From assembly GCA_963745025.1 (NCBI GenBank), contig CAVUWD010000016.1, forward strand, positions 256,001-320,000: 64,000 nt of DNA, written 5' to 3'. The notes under the pieces were generated by a model. It did no database searches, was not told the DNA's origin, and saw only the letters and a program-made list of their open reading frames with translations. This stretch comes from an uncultured delta proteobacterium. Its GTDB lineage: Bacteria; Desulfobacterota; Binatia; JACPRU01. Positions 18,937 through 27,618 of the stretch are shown here, piece after piece (within the stretch, counting starts at the first letter, position 1; each line of letters starts with the position of its first letter). The position numbers and the translations under genes were made by a program.

Positions 18937-19305
18937 GTGGGCATTCTCGACGGCAAGGTTGCGATCGTGACCGGCGCGGGCCGCGGTCTCGGTCGCCCGC
19001 GGGCGGTCGCGCCCCGCGCCGTGACGCGAACGACGGAGACGCTGTTCGCCGCCTTCGGCGACGAGGCGATGGGGGAGACCAAGCCCGGCAGCGTGTCGGC
19101 GCTGGTGACGTTTCTCGCCAGCGAGCGGGCCGTCCGCATCGACGGACAAGCGTTCGTCATCTATGGCGGCCTCATCCGGTCGCCACAGGGCTGGCAGCCG
19201 GTCGCGTCGATCGAGAATAGTAGGGCATGGCATCTCGACGACGTTCGAACGAGCATCTCCGGATTGTTCAAACCCGCCCCCTCGAAGCTGCCCCCACTTG
19301 GTTGA
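18937..19305 (+). pseudogene. internally deleted short-chain dehydrogenase (SDR) remnant
   Basis: LDGKVAIVTGAGRGLGR joined directly to C-terminal AVAPRAVTR..VSALVTFLASE..IDGQAFVIYGG; no YxxxK core. Confidence 0.75.
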
Positions 19306-20902
19306 GCTGGCACCCTCGCCGGCTCTCTCGATCGACGCCACGTCGCCCGCGCCGCGAAGCTTCGTCGCGCGCATCGCGCTGGCATTGGTCGGCGGCTTCG
19401 CCATCGCGGCGAGCTTTCTCGATTTCTCATTGTGGCCGATCGCCTGGACCGCGTTCGTGCCGATTCTGTTGGCGCTCTCGGGTCCGTTGCGTCTCGGCCA
19501 AGCGGTGGCGCTTGGCTTCATCGCCGGGCTTGCGACCAACGTGCCCGCCTTCCGATGGCTGGTGGAAACCATCCACGTCTTCGGCGGCTTTCCGCTCTGG
19601 CTGAGCGCCGTCTTCTACGTCGCGTTGTCGCTCTTCTGCTCGCTCGAGTTCGTGCTCTTCGCGCTTGCCCTCCGTAGGGCCCCGCGCGGCGCGGCCGCGA
19701 TATATCCCGCGCTCTTTTGGATCTCGCTCGAATTCTTCTTTCCGAACCTCTTCCCCTGGCGGATCGCCAACTCGCAGCTGCGCGTTCCGCTGCTGTTACA
19801 GATCGGCGATCTCACCGGCCCGTTCGGCCTCAGCTTTGTAATGGTTTGGGTGAGCGCCGCGCTCGCCTCGGCAATCGAAGTCGGTACCCGCTCCGCGCGC
19901 GCAGCGTTGCTGCTTTCGAGCGCGGCGACGCTCGGCGTTGCGGCGTACGGACTCGTACGGCTGCCCGCAATCGATCACGCGATGGCGATGGCTCCGGCGG
20001 TCCGGCTCGGCATCGTGCAGGGCAACCTCACGACCGAGGAGAAGCAGGACGTTCGCTACTTCGAGACCAACCTCGAAACCTACAAACGGTTGTCGCAAGA
20101 GCTCTCTCCCGCGCCCGACGTGATGATCTGGCCAGAGAGCGTGATCACCGAGCCTCTGCCACGGACGTTGCGCATGCTGTCGGCTTCGGGGCGCCAGATT
20201 CTGGGGCTCCGCTGGCCGCTCTTCACCGGAGCGCTCACCTACGAAGGTGAACCGGATCGCCCGAAATACTTCAACAGCGTCATCCTGTTCGATGCCGGGG
20301 GTGGCGTGCTCGGTTTGTCCGATAAACAGATTCTCATGCCATTCGGGGAATACATGCCGTTCGGCTCGGTTTTGCCATGGCTGAAACGGCTGAGCCCGCA
20401 GACCGGCGATTTTGAGGCTGCGACCGAGGTCGTGCCGCTCGACGTTCCCGGCATCGCGCGCTTCGCGCCGCTCAACTGCTACGAAGACCTGCGCGCACCG
20501 ATCGCGCGGCAGGCAGTTCGCCGGGGCGCGGCGGAAATTCTCTTCGCCGTCGCCAACGACGCCTGGTTCGGAGACACGATGGCGCCTTTCCAGCACGAGG
20601 CGCTGGCGCTGTGGCGGGCGGTCGAGAATCGACGCTTTCTCATCCGCGTCACCAATACGGGCGTCACCGACGTGATCGATCCGGCAGGACGAGTGCTGCT
20701 GCGGCTGCCAGTGTTCCAGGCCGTCGCGACGGTGGCGGAAGTGCGCCGGCTGCGTCTCGATACCCTCTACACGCGATTCGGCGACTGGTTCGCCTGGCTC
20801 GTCACGGCGGCGGCCCTGTGGGTGCTGCTGCCTTCGGCAAGATCGCCAGGCCGTTCGGAACACCCCATCCTCCCTCGACCTCCAAGCGGAGCCCCGGAGT
20901 GA
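19298..20902 (+). CDS. lnt: apolipoprotein N-acyltransferase (start approximate)
   Basis: N-terminal TMs; VQGN, WPES, K..LMPFGEY, NCYE, NDAWFG, RAVENRR, NTGV. Confidence 0.93.
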   Translation: MVELAPSPALSIDATSPAPRSFVARIALALVGGFAIAASFLDFSLWPIAWTAFVPILLALSGPLRLGQAVALGFIAGLATNVPAFRWLVETIHVFGGFPLWLSAVFYVALSLFCSLEFVLFALALRRAPRGAAAIYPALFWISLEFFFPNLFPWRIANSQLRVPLLLQIGDLTGPFGLSFVMVWVSAALASAIEVGTRSARAALLLSSAATLGVAAYGLVRLPAIDHAMAMAPAVRLGIVQGNLTTEEKQDVRYFETNLETYKRLSQELSPAPDVMIWPESVITEPLPRTLRMLSASGRQILGLRWPLFTGALTYEGEPDRPKYFNSVILFDAGGGVLGLSDKQILMPFGEYMPFGSVLPWLKRLSPQTGDFEAATEVVPLDVPGIARFAPLNCYEDLRAPIARQAVRRGAAEILFAVANDAWFGDTMAPFQHEALALWRAVENRRFLIRVTNTGVTDVIDPAGRVLLRLPVFQAVATVAEVRRLRLDTLYTRFGDWFAWLVTAAALWVLLPSARSPGRSEHPILPRPPSGAPE

Positions 20903-21605
20903 ATACGCTCAGCTGCGTGCTCGGTCCGCCGTCGAGATTGAGGGCGCCCCAGCAGCCGAGGCCCCCGTCCACGGGAGGGCGGACGAGATTCTCCGCGAGA
21001 TCGGAGAGCGAGATCGGAGCCGCGAAGACGACGATCATCACCGTCCCATCCCCCGGGAGGCAGATCGAGGTGCGACGCGAGACCTGCGGCTTCAGCTGGA
21101 GGGCCCTGCCGTTGACCACCAGCCGAGGACCGGACTGCAGCGCCGTCTCGACCGCAGCGGGGAGGGGATCCCGCGCGTGCTGGATGACTGGCGTGCCCAT
21201 CGAGATCAGGAACAGGCCCTGGTCCACCTTGCGAAGCGGACTCGTCTCTTTCCCGTCGCCGACGACGAGGCCGAGCGGATGTGCCTTCTCGTCGAAAAAG
21301 CCACCATTGACTACCACGTACGCTTGGGATTCGGTGCGCATCGTCGCGACGCGGGCGACGGTCCGGTCCGGCCGACGCGCGTCGACGACCGTCATGTGAA
21401 CGATGCGGGGATCGGCCCGAAACACGTGTCCGGCGATCGACGTGCCCTCGTCGGCGGTCTTTATGCTCCAAGGCCGGTACCACAGTCCGGGGGCGAGGGC
21501 CGTCCATTCAGTTGAGCGCGGCTCGTCGGCAGCGATCGTTGAAGCGAGCAGCGCGATCGCCATCGGTGCGCGCGCGAATGCGAGTCTGTGAGCGGATGGC
21601 CGCAT
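20802..21605 (-). CDS. phosphodiester glycosidase (NAGPA/DUF2233) family exported protein
   Basis: VNGGFF, SGPRLV, RTSI, ALNLDGGPST. Confidence 0.85.
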   Translation of the reverse strand: MRPSAHRLAFARAPMAIALLASTIAADEPRSTEWTALAPGLWYRPWSIKTADEGTSIAGHVFRADPRIVHMTVVDARRPDRTVARVATMRTESQAYVVVNGGFFDEKAHPLGLVVGDGKETSPLRKVDQGLFLISMGTPVIQHARDPLPAAVETALQSGPRLVVNGRALQLKPQVSRRTSICLPGDGTVMIVVFAAPISLSDLAENLVRPPVDGGLGCWGALNLDGGPSTQLSVFTPGLRLEVEGGWGVPNGLAILPKAAAPTGPPP

Positions 21606-21653
21606 CCGCGTCAGTCTGGCACGAATCCGCCGAGCGGAGGAACACTCCTCGTC

Positions 21654-22790
21654 CTAGAAACCGCAGAGATCGGCAACGCGCGCGCGATGAAACGATGGAT
21701 CGCCGAAGGCGAGCTCGTTCCATTTGGCGCGCTTGAACCAGAAATGCAGATCGTGCTCCCACGTGAAGCCGATACCGCCGTGCATCTGCACCGCGCGATT
21801 CGACGATCGAGAATAGATTTCGCAGAGCGCGGCTTTCGCCATCGATGCGGCGCGGCTCGCGTCGCGCGGCAGGGCATCTTGAGCATGAGCGGCGTACCAC
21901 AAGAGCGAGCGAGCGGGCTCGATGTCCGCCGCCATCTCAGCGGCCATGTGCTTGATCGCCTGAAATGAGCCGATCGGCCGCCCGAACTGCTCACGTGTCT
22001 TCGAGTACTCCACGGCCATCTCCAACACTCGCTCCGAGCCGCCGAGTGCGTCGGCCGCTAGGCCGACGGCGCCGAAATCGAGCACAGCCTCGAGCGTGCC
22101 CCAGCCCGCGCCGACGCGTCCGAGGACGTGGTCGCGCTCCACTTCGACGTTGCGAAGCTGGACCTCAAAGACCCGCCGCGTCCGATCGATGGTCTCGAGC
22201 GGGCGCACCGTGAGCCCCGGCGCGTGCCGATCGACGAGGAACAGAGTGACACCGACCGCTCCCTCGCTCCCAGCGGTGCGGCAGGCGGTGAGGAGCACGC
22301 CGGCATTCTCCGCATAGGGGACGAAAAGCTTCTTGCCGCTCAACCGATAGCCCGACCCTGAGCGCCGCGCGCGACAGTGGATTCCCGCGGGCCCGATGCG
22401 GTCGTCTTCTTCGAGAAGCGCGAGCGTCAAGGTCAATTCACCGGCCACGAGCTTCGGCAAAAGAGTCTTCTTTTGGGCTCGATCCCCGGCCTTCACGATC
22501 GCCGCGGTGGCGAGGAGCGCCGAAAAGAGGAACGGCCCCGGTACGGCCGAGCGTCCGAACTCGCAGAGGAGAATCGCCATGTCGAGCACGCCGAGGCCGA
22601 GCCCGCCCTCAGATTCGGGAACGAGAAGCCCCGGCCAACCCATGTCCGTGATCCTTCGTTCGAGGCCCTCGGAGAGTCCGTGCGGACTCTCGGCCGCTTG
22701 GCGGACGACGGTGGGTGGGCACTCCCGCGTCAGGAACTCACGGGCGCTTTGCTGAAGCAGTTCCTGATCCTCCGATAAGCCGAAGTCCAC
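21654..22790 (-). CDS. acyl-CoA dehydrogenase, beta-type subunit of a heteromeric pair
   Basis: GTG start DFGLSEDQ; REQFGRPIGSFQAIKH; QMHGGIGFTWEHD. Confidence 0.92.
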   Translation of the reverse strand: MDFGLSEDQELLQQSAREFLTRECPPTVVRQAAESPHGLSEGLERRITDMGWPGLLVPESEGGLGLGVLDMAILLCEFGRSAVPGPFLFSALLATAAIVKAGDRAQKKTLLPKLVAGELTLTLALLEEDDRIGPAGIHCRARRSGSGYRLSGKKLFVPYAENAGVLLTACRTAGSEGAVGVTLFLVDRHAPGLTVRPLETIDRTRRVFEVQLRNVEVERDHVLGRVGAGWGTLEAVLDFGAVGLAADALGGSERVLEMAVEYSKTREQFGRPIGSFQAIKHMAAEMAADIEPARSLLWYAAHAQDALPRDASRAASMAKAALCEIYSRSSNRAVQMHGGIGFTWEHDLHFWFKRAKWNELAFGDPSFHRARVADLCGF

Positions 22791-22795
22791 TTCTC

Positions 22796-24004
22796 TCAAC
22801 TCCCCTTCGGCATGCCGAGGCCGCGCTCCGAGATAATGTTCTTCTGGATCTGAGAGGTGCCGCCGCCGATGATCAAGCCGAGCGTGAACATGAACTCGTA
22901 GGGCCAGATGCCACGGTCGACGACGTGCTTGGACTTGCGATCGAGCACGCCGTAGTCGCCCATCACCTCGAGTGCGAGCGCGCAGATCGCGTGATTCAGC
23001 TCGGTGGACACAAGCTTGTTCACCGACGCCGCGATGCCGGGCGAACGTCCCCGCAAGAGATCGGTGAGCTGTCGGTACGAATGATATTTCATCGATTCGA
23101 CGCGGATCGCGAGAGCCGCGAGTCTCTGCCGCAGCAGCGGATCCGCGCTCGCCGGCTTCCCACCGCGTTTGCGCGTCCGGGCGAGGTGCAGCAGACCGTC
23201 GAACATCTGTTGCGTCCGGATCGTCGAGCCGAGCATGTTGCGTTCGTGGGAAAGCGTGGCATTGGCAACCTGCCAACCCTGATTCAGCTCGCCCACGAGA
23301 TTCTGTCTCGGTACCTTGACGTCTTCGAAGAAGACCTCGTTGAAGCCCTTGTCCCCCGTCATTTGCACGAGCGGTCGGATCGTGATCCCGGGGCTCTTCA
23401 TGTCGATCAACACGTACGAGATGCCCTTGTGCTTTGGAGCGTCTGGATCGGTACGCACCAGGCAGAACATCCAATCGGCGAATTGCGCGTTCGATGTCCA
23501 GACCTTCTGGCCGTTGATCACGAAGAAGTCGCCGACGAGCTCGGCGCGAGTTTTCAGCGAGGCGAGATCCGAGCCCGAGCCCGGCTCGGAATACCCCTGG
23601 CACCAGATCTCGGCCGCAGAGAGGATCGTCGGCAGGAATCTCCGCTTCTGCTGTTCGGTGCCGAACTGCATGAGGGTCGGGCCGACCATCTGCACGCCCA
23701 TCATGCCGATGAGGCTCGGCGCGTGCGCCTTGACCATCTCCTCGTTGACGATCGTCTGTTGCATCAACAGTTTTCGGCGATCGCCGTTCGGCTCGGCTCG
23801 ACCGCCATACTGCTTCGGCCAGCCCATCGCCAGGTAGCCTGACGCGCAGAGCTTGCGCTGCCAGGCCTTGAGCGCGGCGATTCGTTTCGGGTCGCCGAAC
23901 TCGGCCGGCTCAGCATTTCGTTCGCGTCGCGGGAGGTTGACCTTCAGCCAGTGACGCACCTCGCGTTGGAACGCGGCTTCTTCCTTGGTGAGCGCAAGAT
24001 CCAT
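22796..24004 (-). CDS. acyl-CoA dehydrogenase, alpha-type subunit
   Basis: WCQGYSEPGSGSDLASL, GQKVWTS, FNEVFF, IGGGTSQIQKNII. Confidence 0.93.
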   Translation of the reverse strand: MDLALTKEEAAFQREVRHWLKVNLPRRERNAEPAEFGDPKRIAALKAWQRKLCASGYLAMGWPKQYGGRAEPNGDRRKLLMQQTIVNEEMVKAHAPSLIGMMGVQMVGPTLMQFGTEQQKRRFLPTILSAAEIWCQGYSEPGSGSDLASLKTRAELVGDFFVINGQKVWTSNAQFADWMFCLVRTDPDAPKHKGISYVLIDMKSPGITIRPLVQMTGDKGFNEVFFEDVKVPRQNLVGELNQGWQVANATLSHERNMLGSTIRTQQMFDGLLHLARTRKRGGKPASADPLLRQRLAALAIRVESMKYHSYRQLTDLLRGRSPGIAASVNKLVSTELNHAICALALEVMGDYGVLDRKSKHVVDRGIWPYEFMFTLGLIIGGGTSQIQKNIISERGLGMPKGS

Positions 24005-24314
24005 GACCGACTGTTCTCCCGTGGGGCGTTGCGGCGGGCCACCGGTCGCCGACTGATACCGGATACCGCTGGCGAAAGCCAATAGGAGAAAGGCTCCCTG
24101 CGTATGGCTCGTTCGCATCGCGTCATCCGCGCAAGCCCTAGCCGCGGAGGAATTTCCCTAACCGCATTCGCGGGAAGCCTTCCGGGAGGAGTCGCGCCGA
24201 CTACGACACGCCTGCCGAGCGTGATTCCCATGCCTGATAACTACATTGACGGTATGGGGGGAGTGAAGTAGATCTCACGCTGGCTCGCCGGCCCCTCTCT
24301 GCCGGAGGTGCTCC

Positions 24315-24554
24315 ATGATGTGTCGAGTGTCGTGCAAGTGTTGCCATATTTCCTGCCTATGGACGGACGACCCTAAGGGCTTCTTGGAGACCGTGTGCCT
24401 ACGTTACCGCCACTGTCAGGCGAAGCTAAGCGACGAAGGTTTCGACGAGCCGGTAGTCGTCAAGCGGGCGAAGTCGGTTCCGCCGAGTCGGGTCTCCGCC
24501 GGCAAAGGGGTGATCGCGAGAGTTCAGGGGCGACACTCGCCAGCTCGGCATTAG
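24315..24554 (+). CDS. small Cys-rich hypothetical protein
   Basis: GGAGG RBS; TTGACG-N17-TAGATC upstream; 7 Cys in the first 34 aa; hairpin downstream. Confidence 0.5.
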   Translation: MMCRVSCKCCHISCLWTDDPKGFLETVCLRYRHCQAKLSDEGFDEPVVVKRAKSVPPSRVSAGKGVIARVQGRHSPARH

Positions 24555-24803
24555 ATTCGTGCGTTCGCGTCGATGGACGCACCTGCTGCGCAGGAACCCA
24601 CCCCGAACCCACCCCGCAATCCCCGTCCCTAGCGCCCCTTTTGGTGGTCCCGTTCACCCAACGCCGTAGAACGGACGAGGCAGGGTTCGCGCCTCGCCCC
24701 ACCGTTTGGAACAAACCGGCCGCTGCACCGTTTGATCTGGCGCGAGACCGGTTCGCCGCGCAGTTGCCAGCCGCTGCGCTCTCGTGCCGTGGTCGTCACG
24801 ACG

Positions 24804-25577
24804 TCAATTCGCCATGGACCGGGTCTCGGATCGCTGACGTCGCCAGCGGTCGAGTGTCGCACGAATCTGCCCTTCGACTTGGTCGAGGAGGCTTTCGCCG
24901 TCGTCTCCCGGACGGCGCTGGATCGGCTCGGCGATCGACACTCGCACGCGCACCCCGAAGGGCACCGGCATCAGGTTGTGACGCAGCAGCCGCCACGACC
25001 CGTCGATGACCACAGGAAGCACCGCGGCCTGCGGCGCCGCGCGCAGCAGCTCGAGCGTGCCGCGCGGCTTGAAGACGCCGAGCTCACCCCGCCGAGCGCG
25101 AGTTCCTTCGGGAAAGATCACCGCCGAGACACCGCGCTGCTCGACCTGTTGCCCGAGCCCGCGGATTGCCGCCAGCGCCTGGTCGGCATCGGTGCGGTCG
25201 ATGACCGCGTTGCCGCCGTGTCGGAGATTGTAGGAGATGCTCGGAATCCAGCGAGCGAGCTCGCGCTTGGCGACGTACTTAGGAAAGTTTGAGAAAAGAA
25301 GCGCTCCGAAGATCGGCACGTCGAACATGCTCTGGTGGTTGGAGACGATCAGGTAGGGCGTCCAGGGCTTGACCTCGGCCGAGCGATCGACCTCGAGGCG
25401 GGTGCCACACAGGCGAAAGGCGCCGAGCAGCGACTTCTGCAGCAATCCGACGACGATCTCGTGCGGCCGAGGTCCGAACAGTCGTGCGATGCGCTGGAGC
25501 GGATCGAACAGACCGAGCACGAGCCCGAAGGTGATCAGGAACGGTACCGTGAACAGCCAGTCGACGACGCGCCGCAT
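24804..25577 (-). CDS. 1-acyl-sn-glycerol-3-phosphate acyltransferase (PlsC family)
   Basis: SNHQSMFD, AKREL, IDR, FPEGTR. Confidence 0.92.
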   Translation of the reverse strand: MRRVVDWLFTVPFLITFGLVLGLFDPLQRIARLFGPRPHEIVVGLLQKSLLGAFRLCGTRLEVDRSAEVKPWTPYLIVSNHQSMFDVPIFGALLFSNFPKYVAKRELARWIPSISYNLRHGGNAVIDRTDADQALAAIRGLGQQVEQRGVSAVIFPEGTRARRGELGVFKPRGTLELLRAAPQAAVLPVVIDGSWRLLRHNLMPVPFGVRVRVSIAEPIQRRPGDDGESLLDQVEGQIRATLDRWRRQRSETRSMAN

Positions 25578-25761
25578 AAGGAAGTCTGGTCTCAGAAGGT
25601 CATCCAGGAGGGAACGGTCGGTGGCTCGGAGTTACCAGGTGGGTAGCTGCTCCGTCAAACGTGACTTCGTTCGACGGAATTACGGAATTACGCCGTTGTG
25701 CCTACGGTGTCGAACTGCTATCAAGATGGGATTTACTCGAGGCCCAGGAAGGACGAATCCA

Positions 25762-25986
25762 ATGACGACGCATACCCGATACGTTCTCAAGCACCCGCGC
25801 GGCTCGATTTTTGCGAGTGTCCGCGCAGCTGAGCGACTGACGTTCGTGATGGAAACCCTGGCGGTCGTCCATGCATCGAGCGATCGTGAGGCGCGCGAGC
25901 GCGCCGAGTTGGTGCGCCAGAGCTTCGCGGCGGCGGGGAAGGGCTACCTGCCCGGTCCGGAGCCGGCTCTCGCGCGCGTCGCCTAG
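25762..25986 (+). CDS. hypothetical small protein
   Basis: AAGGA RBS; host-like codon usage. Confidence 0.55.
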   Translation: MTTHTRYVLKHPRGSIFASVRAAERLTFVMETLAVVHASSDREARERAELVRQSFAAAGKGYLPGPEPALARVA

Positions 25987-25998
25987 TATCGGTCGCGG

Positions 25999-26238
25999 CT
26001 AGGCGCCGCTGACCATCTTCGCGAGCTTGTCAAGAACGTTCTTCAGCGCGCGCTGGTAGCGCTGCTTCGTCCACGCCTCGCCGGTCCGCATCTTCAACCA
26101 GCCGAGCTTGACTGCGTCGGGCTTGTTGCCGATCTCACCGGTCGAAACCTCGATCACCGCGCGTTCTTCAGGACCGAGCGCGCGAAGATACTCACCTTTG
26201 AGCTGATCGAGAAAGCCCTGCTTCAGATCGATCTTCAT
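25999..26238 (-). CDS. hypothetical small protein
   Basis: 79-aa ORF with protein-like composition and GC3-rich codons. Confidence 0.7.
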   Translation of the reverse strand: MKIDLKQGFLDQLKGEYLRALGPEERAVIEVSTGEIGNKPDAVKLGWLKMRTGEAWTKQRYQRALKNVLDKLAKMVSGA

Positions 26239-26346
26239 CCGCTCTCAGGCGAAACTAGCGACACGTCTCATCCACCTAAGATCATGAAAGCAGCAGCCTT
26301 TGCTTGTCAAATTGTGACACAGGTTCGAATCGTGTAGGGAATCCGG

Positions 26347-27234
26347 ATGCGCGTTCTCGTCTCCGGCGCGTCCGGGTTCGTCGGCCGTGCCGTCTGCCGC
26401 CGACTCCGAGAGCGCGGCGATGCCGTCGAGCGACTGGTGCGTGGGGAGGGTGATGGCGTGCTTTGGGATCCCAAAACGGGGCGCTTCGATTCGGCGGCCG
26501 CCGCAGGCGCCGACGCGATCGTTCATCTCGCCGGCGAGAGCGTCTTCTCCGGGCGTTGGAACGAGGAGCGGAAAGCGGCGATCCGGGAGAGCCGCGTCGC
26601 CGGGACCCGGCTCCTCGCCGAAGGGCTCGCCCGGCTGGAGCGGCCGCCGCGAGTGATCGCCTGCGCCTCGGCGATCGGCTTTTATGGAGACCGCGGCGAC
26701 GCCGAGCAGACTGAAGCGGACCCGCTCGGTCGGGGGTTTCTTGCCGAGGTCTGTCGGGATTGGGAATCCGCCTGTGAGCCGGCCGTGAAGCGAGGCATTC
26801 GTGTGGCCAACTTGCGGATCGGGCTGGTGCTCAGCACACAAGGTGGAGCGCTTCGCAAGATGCTGCCGGTCTTTCGGCTCGGCCTCGGCGGCCGAGTCGG
26901 TGACGGCCGCCAGTGGATCAGCTGGATTACGCTCGACGATCTCGTGAGGATCGTCGAGCAGGTGCTCTTCGACGACGCGCTCGCAGGGGCGGTGAATGCG
27001 GTCGCGCCGCATCCCGTGCGCAACGGCGAATTCACGCAGGCGCTGGCGCGCGTCCTCGGCCGTCCCGCCGTCCTGGCCGTTCCCGCCTTCGCGCTGCGTC
27101 TCGCTCTCGGCGAGATGGCGGACGAGCTCTTACTCCGCGGAACCCGCGCCGTTCCGAAGCGGCTCTCCGAGCGCGGCTTTCGCTTCGAGCATGCGGAGAT
27201 CGAGCCGGCGCTCCACGCGCTGCTCAAGGATTGA
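26347..27234 (+). CDS. TIGR01777 family (YfcH-like) NAD-dependent epimerase
   Basis: SGASGFVG, HLAGE, ASAIGFYG, FLAEVCRDWE, GDGRQWISWI. Confidence 0.93.
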   Translation: MRVLVSGASGFVGRAVCRRLRERGDAVERLVRGEGDGVLWDPKTGRFDSAAAAGADAIVHLAGESVFSGRWNEERKAAIRESRVAGTRLLAEGLARLERPPRVIACASAIGFYGDRGDAEQTEADPLGRGFLAEVCRDWESACEPAVKRGIRVANLRIGLVLSTQGGALRKMLPVFRLGLGGRVGDGRQWISWITLDDLVRIVEQVLFDDALAGAVNAVAPHPVRNGEFTQALARVLGRPAVLAVPAFALRLALGEMADELLLRGTRAVPKRLSERGFRFEHAEIEPALHALLKD

Positions 27235-27302
27235 GAGTCGGGTGACGGAGGCTTCGTGAACACGAAGGCCGGCGCGAGGAACTACCCGCGTGGTGAACGA
27301 GA

Positions 27303-27509
27303 TCATGGAGCCGTCGTCGTAGGGGATGCTTCGAGCGGCCGGCCGTAGGCGTCGGTTCTCCGGCCGCCGCGCTTGCGGATGGTCTTCTGGGTATCGGAGT
27401 TCACCCAGGGCTGACCCATCGTGCACGGCTGCGGGTAGCCGTGTTCCTCTACCGTCTCGTAGGTCGGAAAAGCGCCGCGGTCGAATCGCGTCATCATACG
27501 CTTGGCCAT
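27303..27509 (-). CDS. hypothetical small protein
   Basis: 68-aa ORF divergent from ileS with host-like codon usage. Confidence 0.55.
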   Translation of the reverse strand: MAKRMMTRFDRGAFPTYETVEEHGYPQPCTMGQPWVNSDTQKTIRKRGGRRTDAYGRPLEASPTTTAP

Positions 27510-27618
27510 GGGACGTCTCTGTCTGCCAGAATCGCTTGCGAAGATAAAGCGCACCGGCGCGGAGGCGCGGAGAGCTCAAATTGAATTGGCAGGGACCTGT
27601 TGCTATGTGCGGGAGACC

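Noticed and set aside
21654-23603. 649-aa ACAD as a single long protein
   Set aside because: Its N-terminal part is an alternate frame of the upstream ACAD; the real start is GTG at 22790.
27510-27618. T-box leader before ileS
   Set aside because: Too short and no T-box consensus seen.
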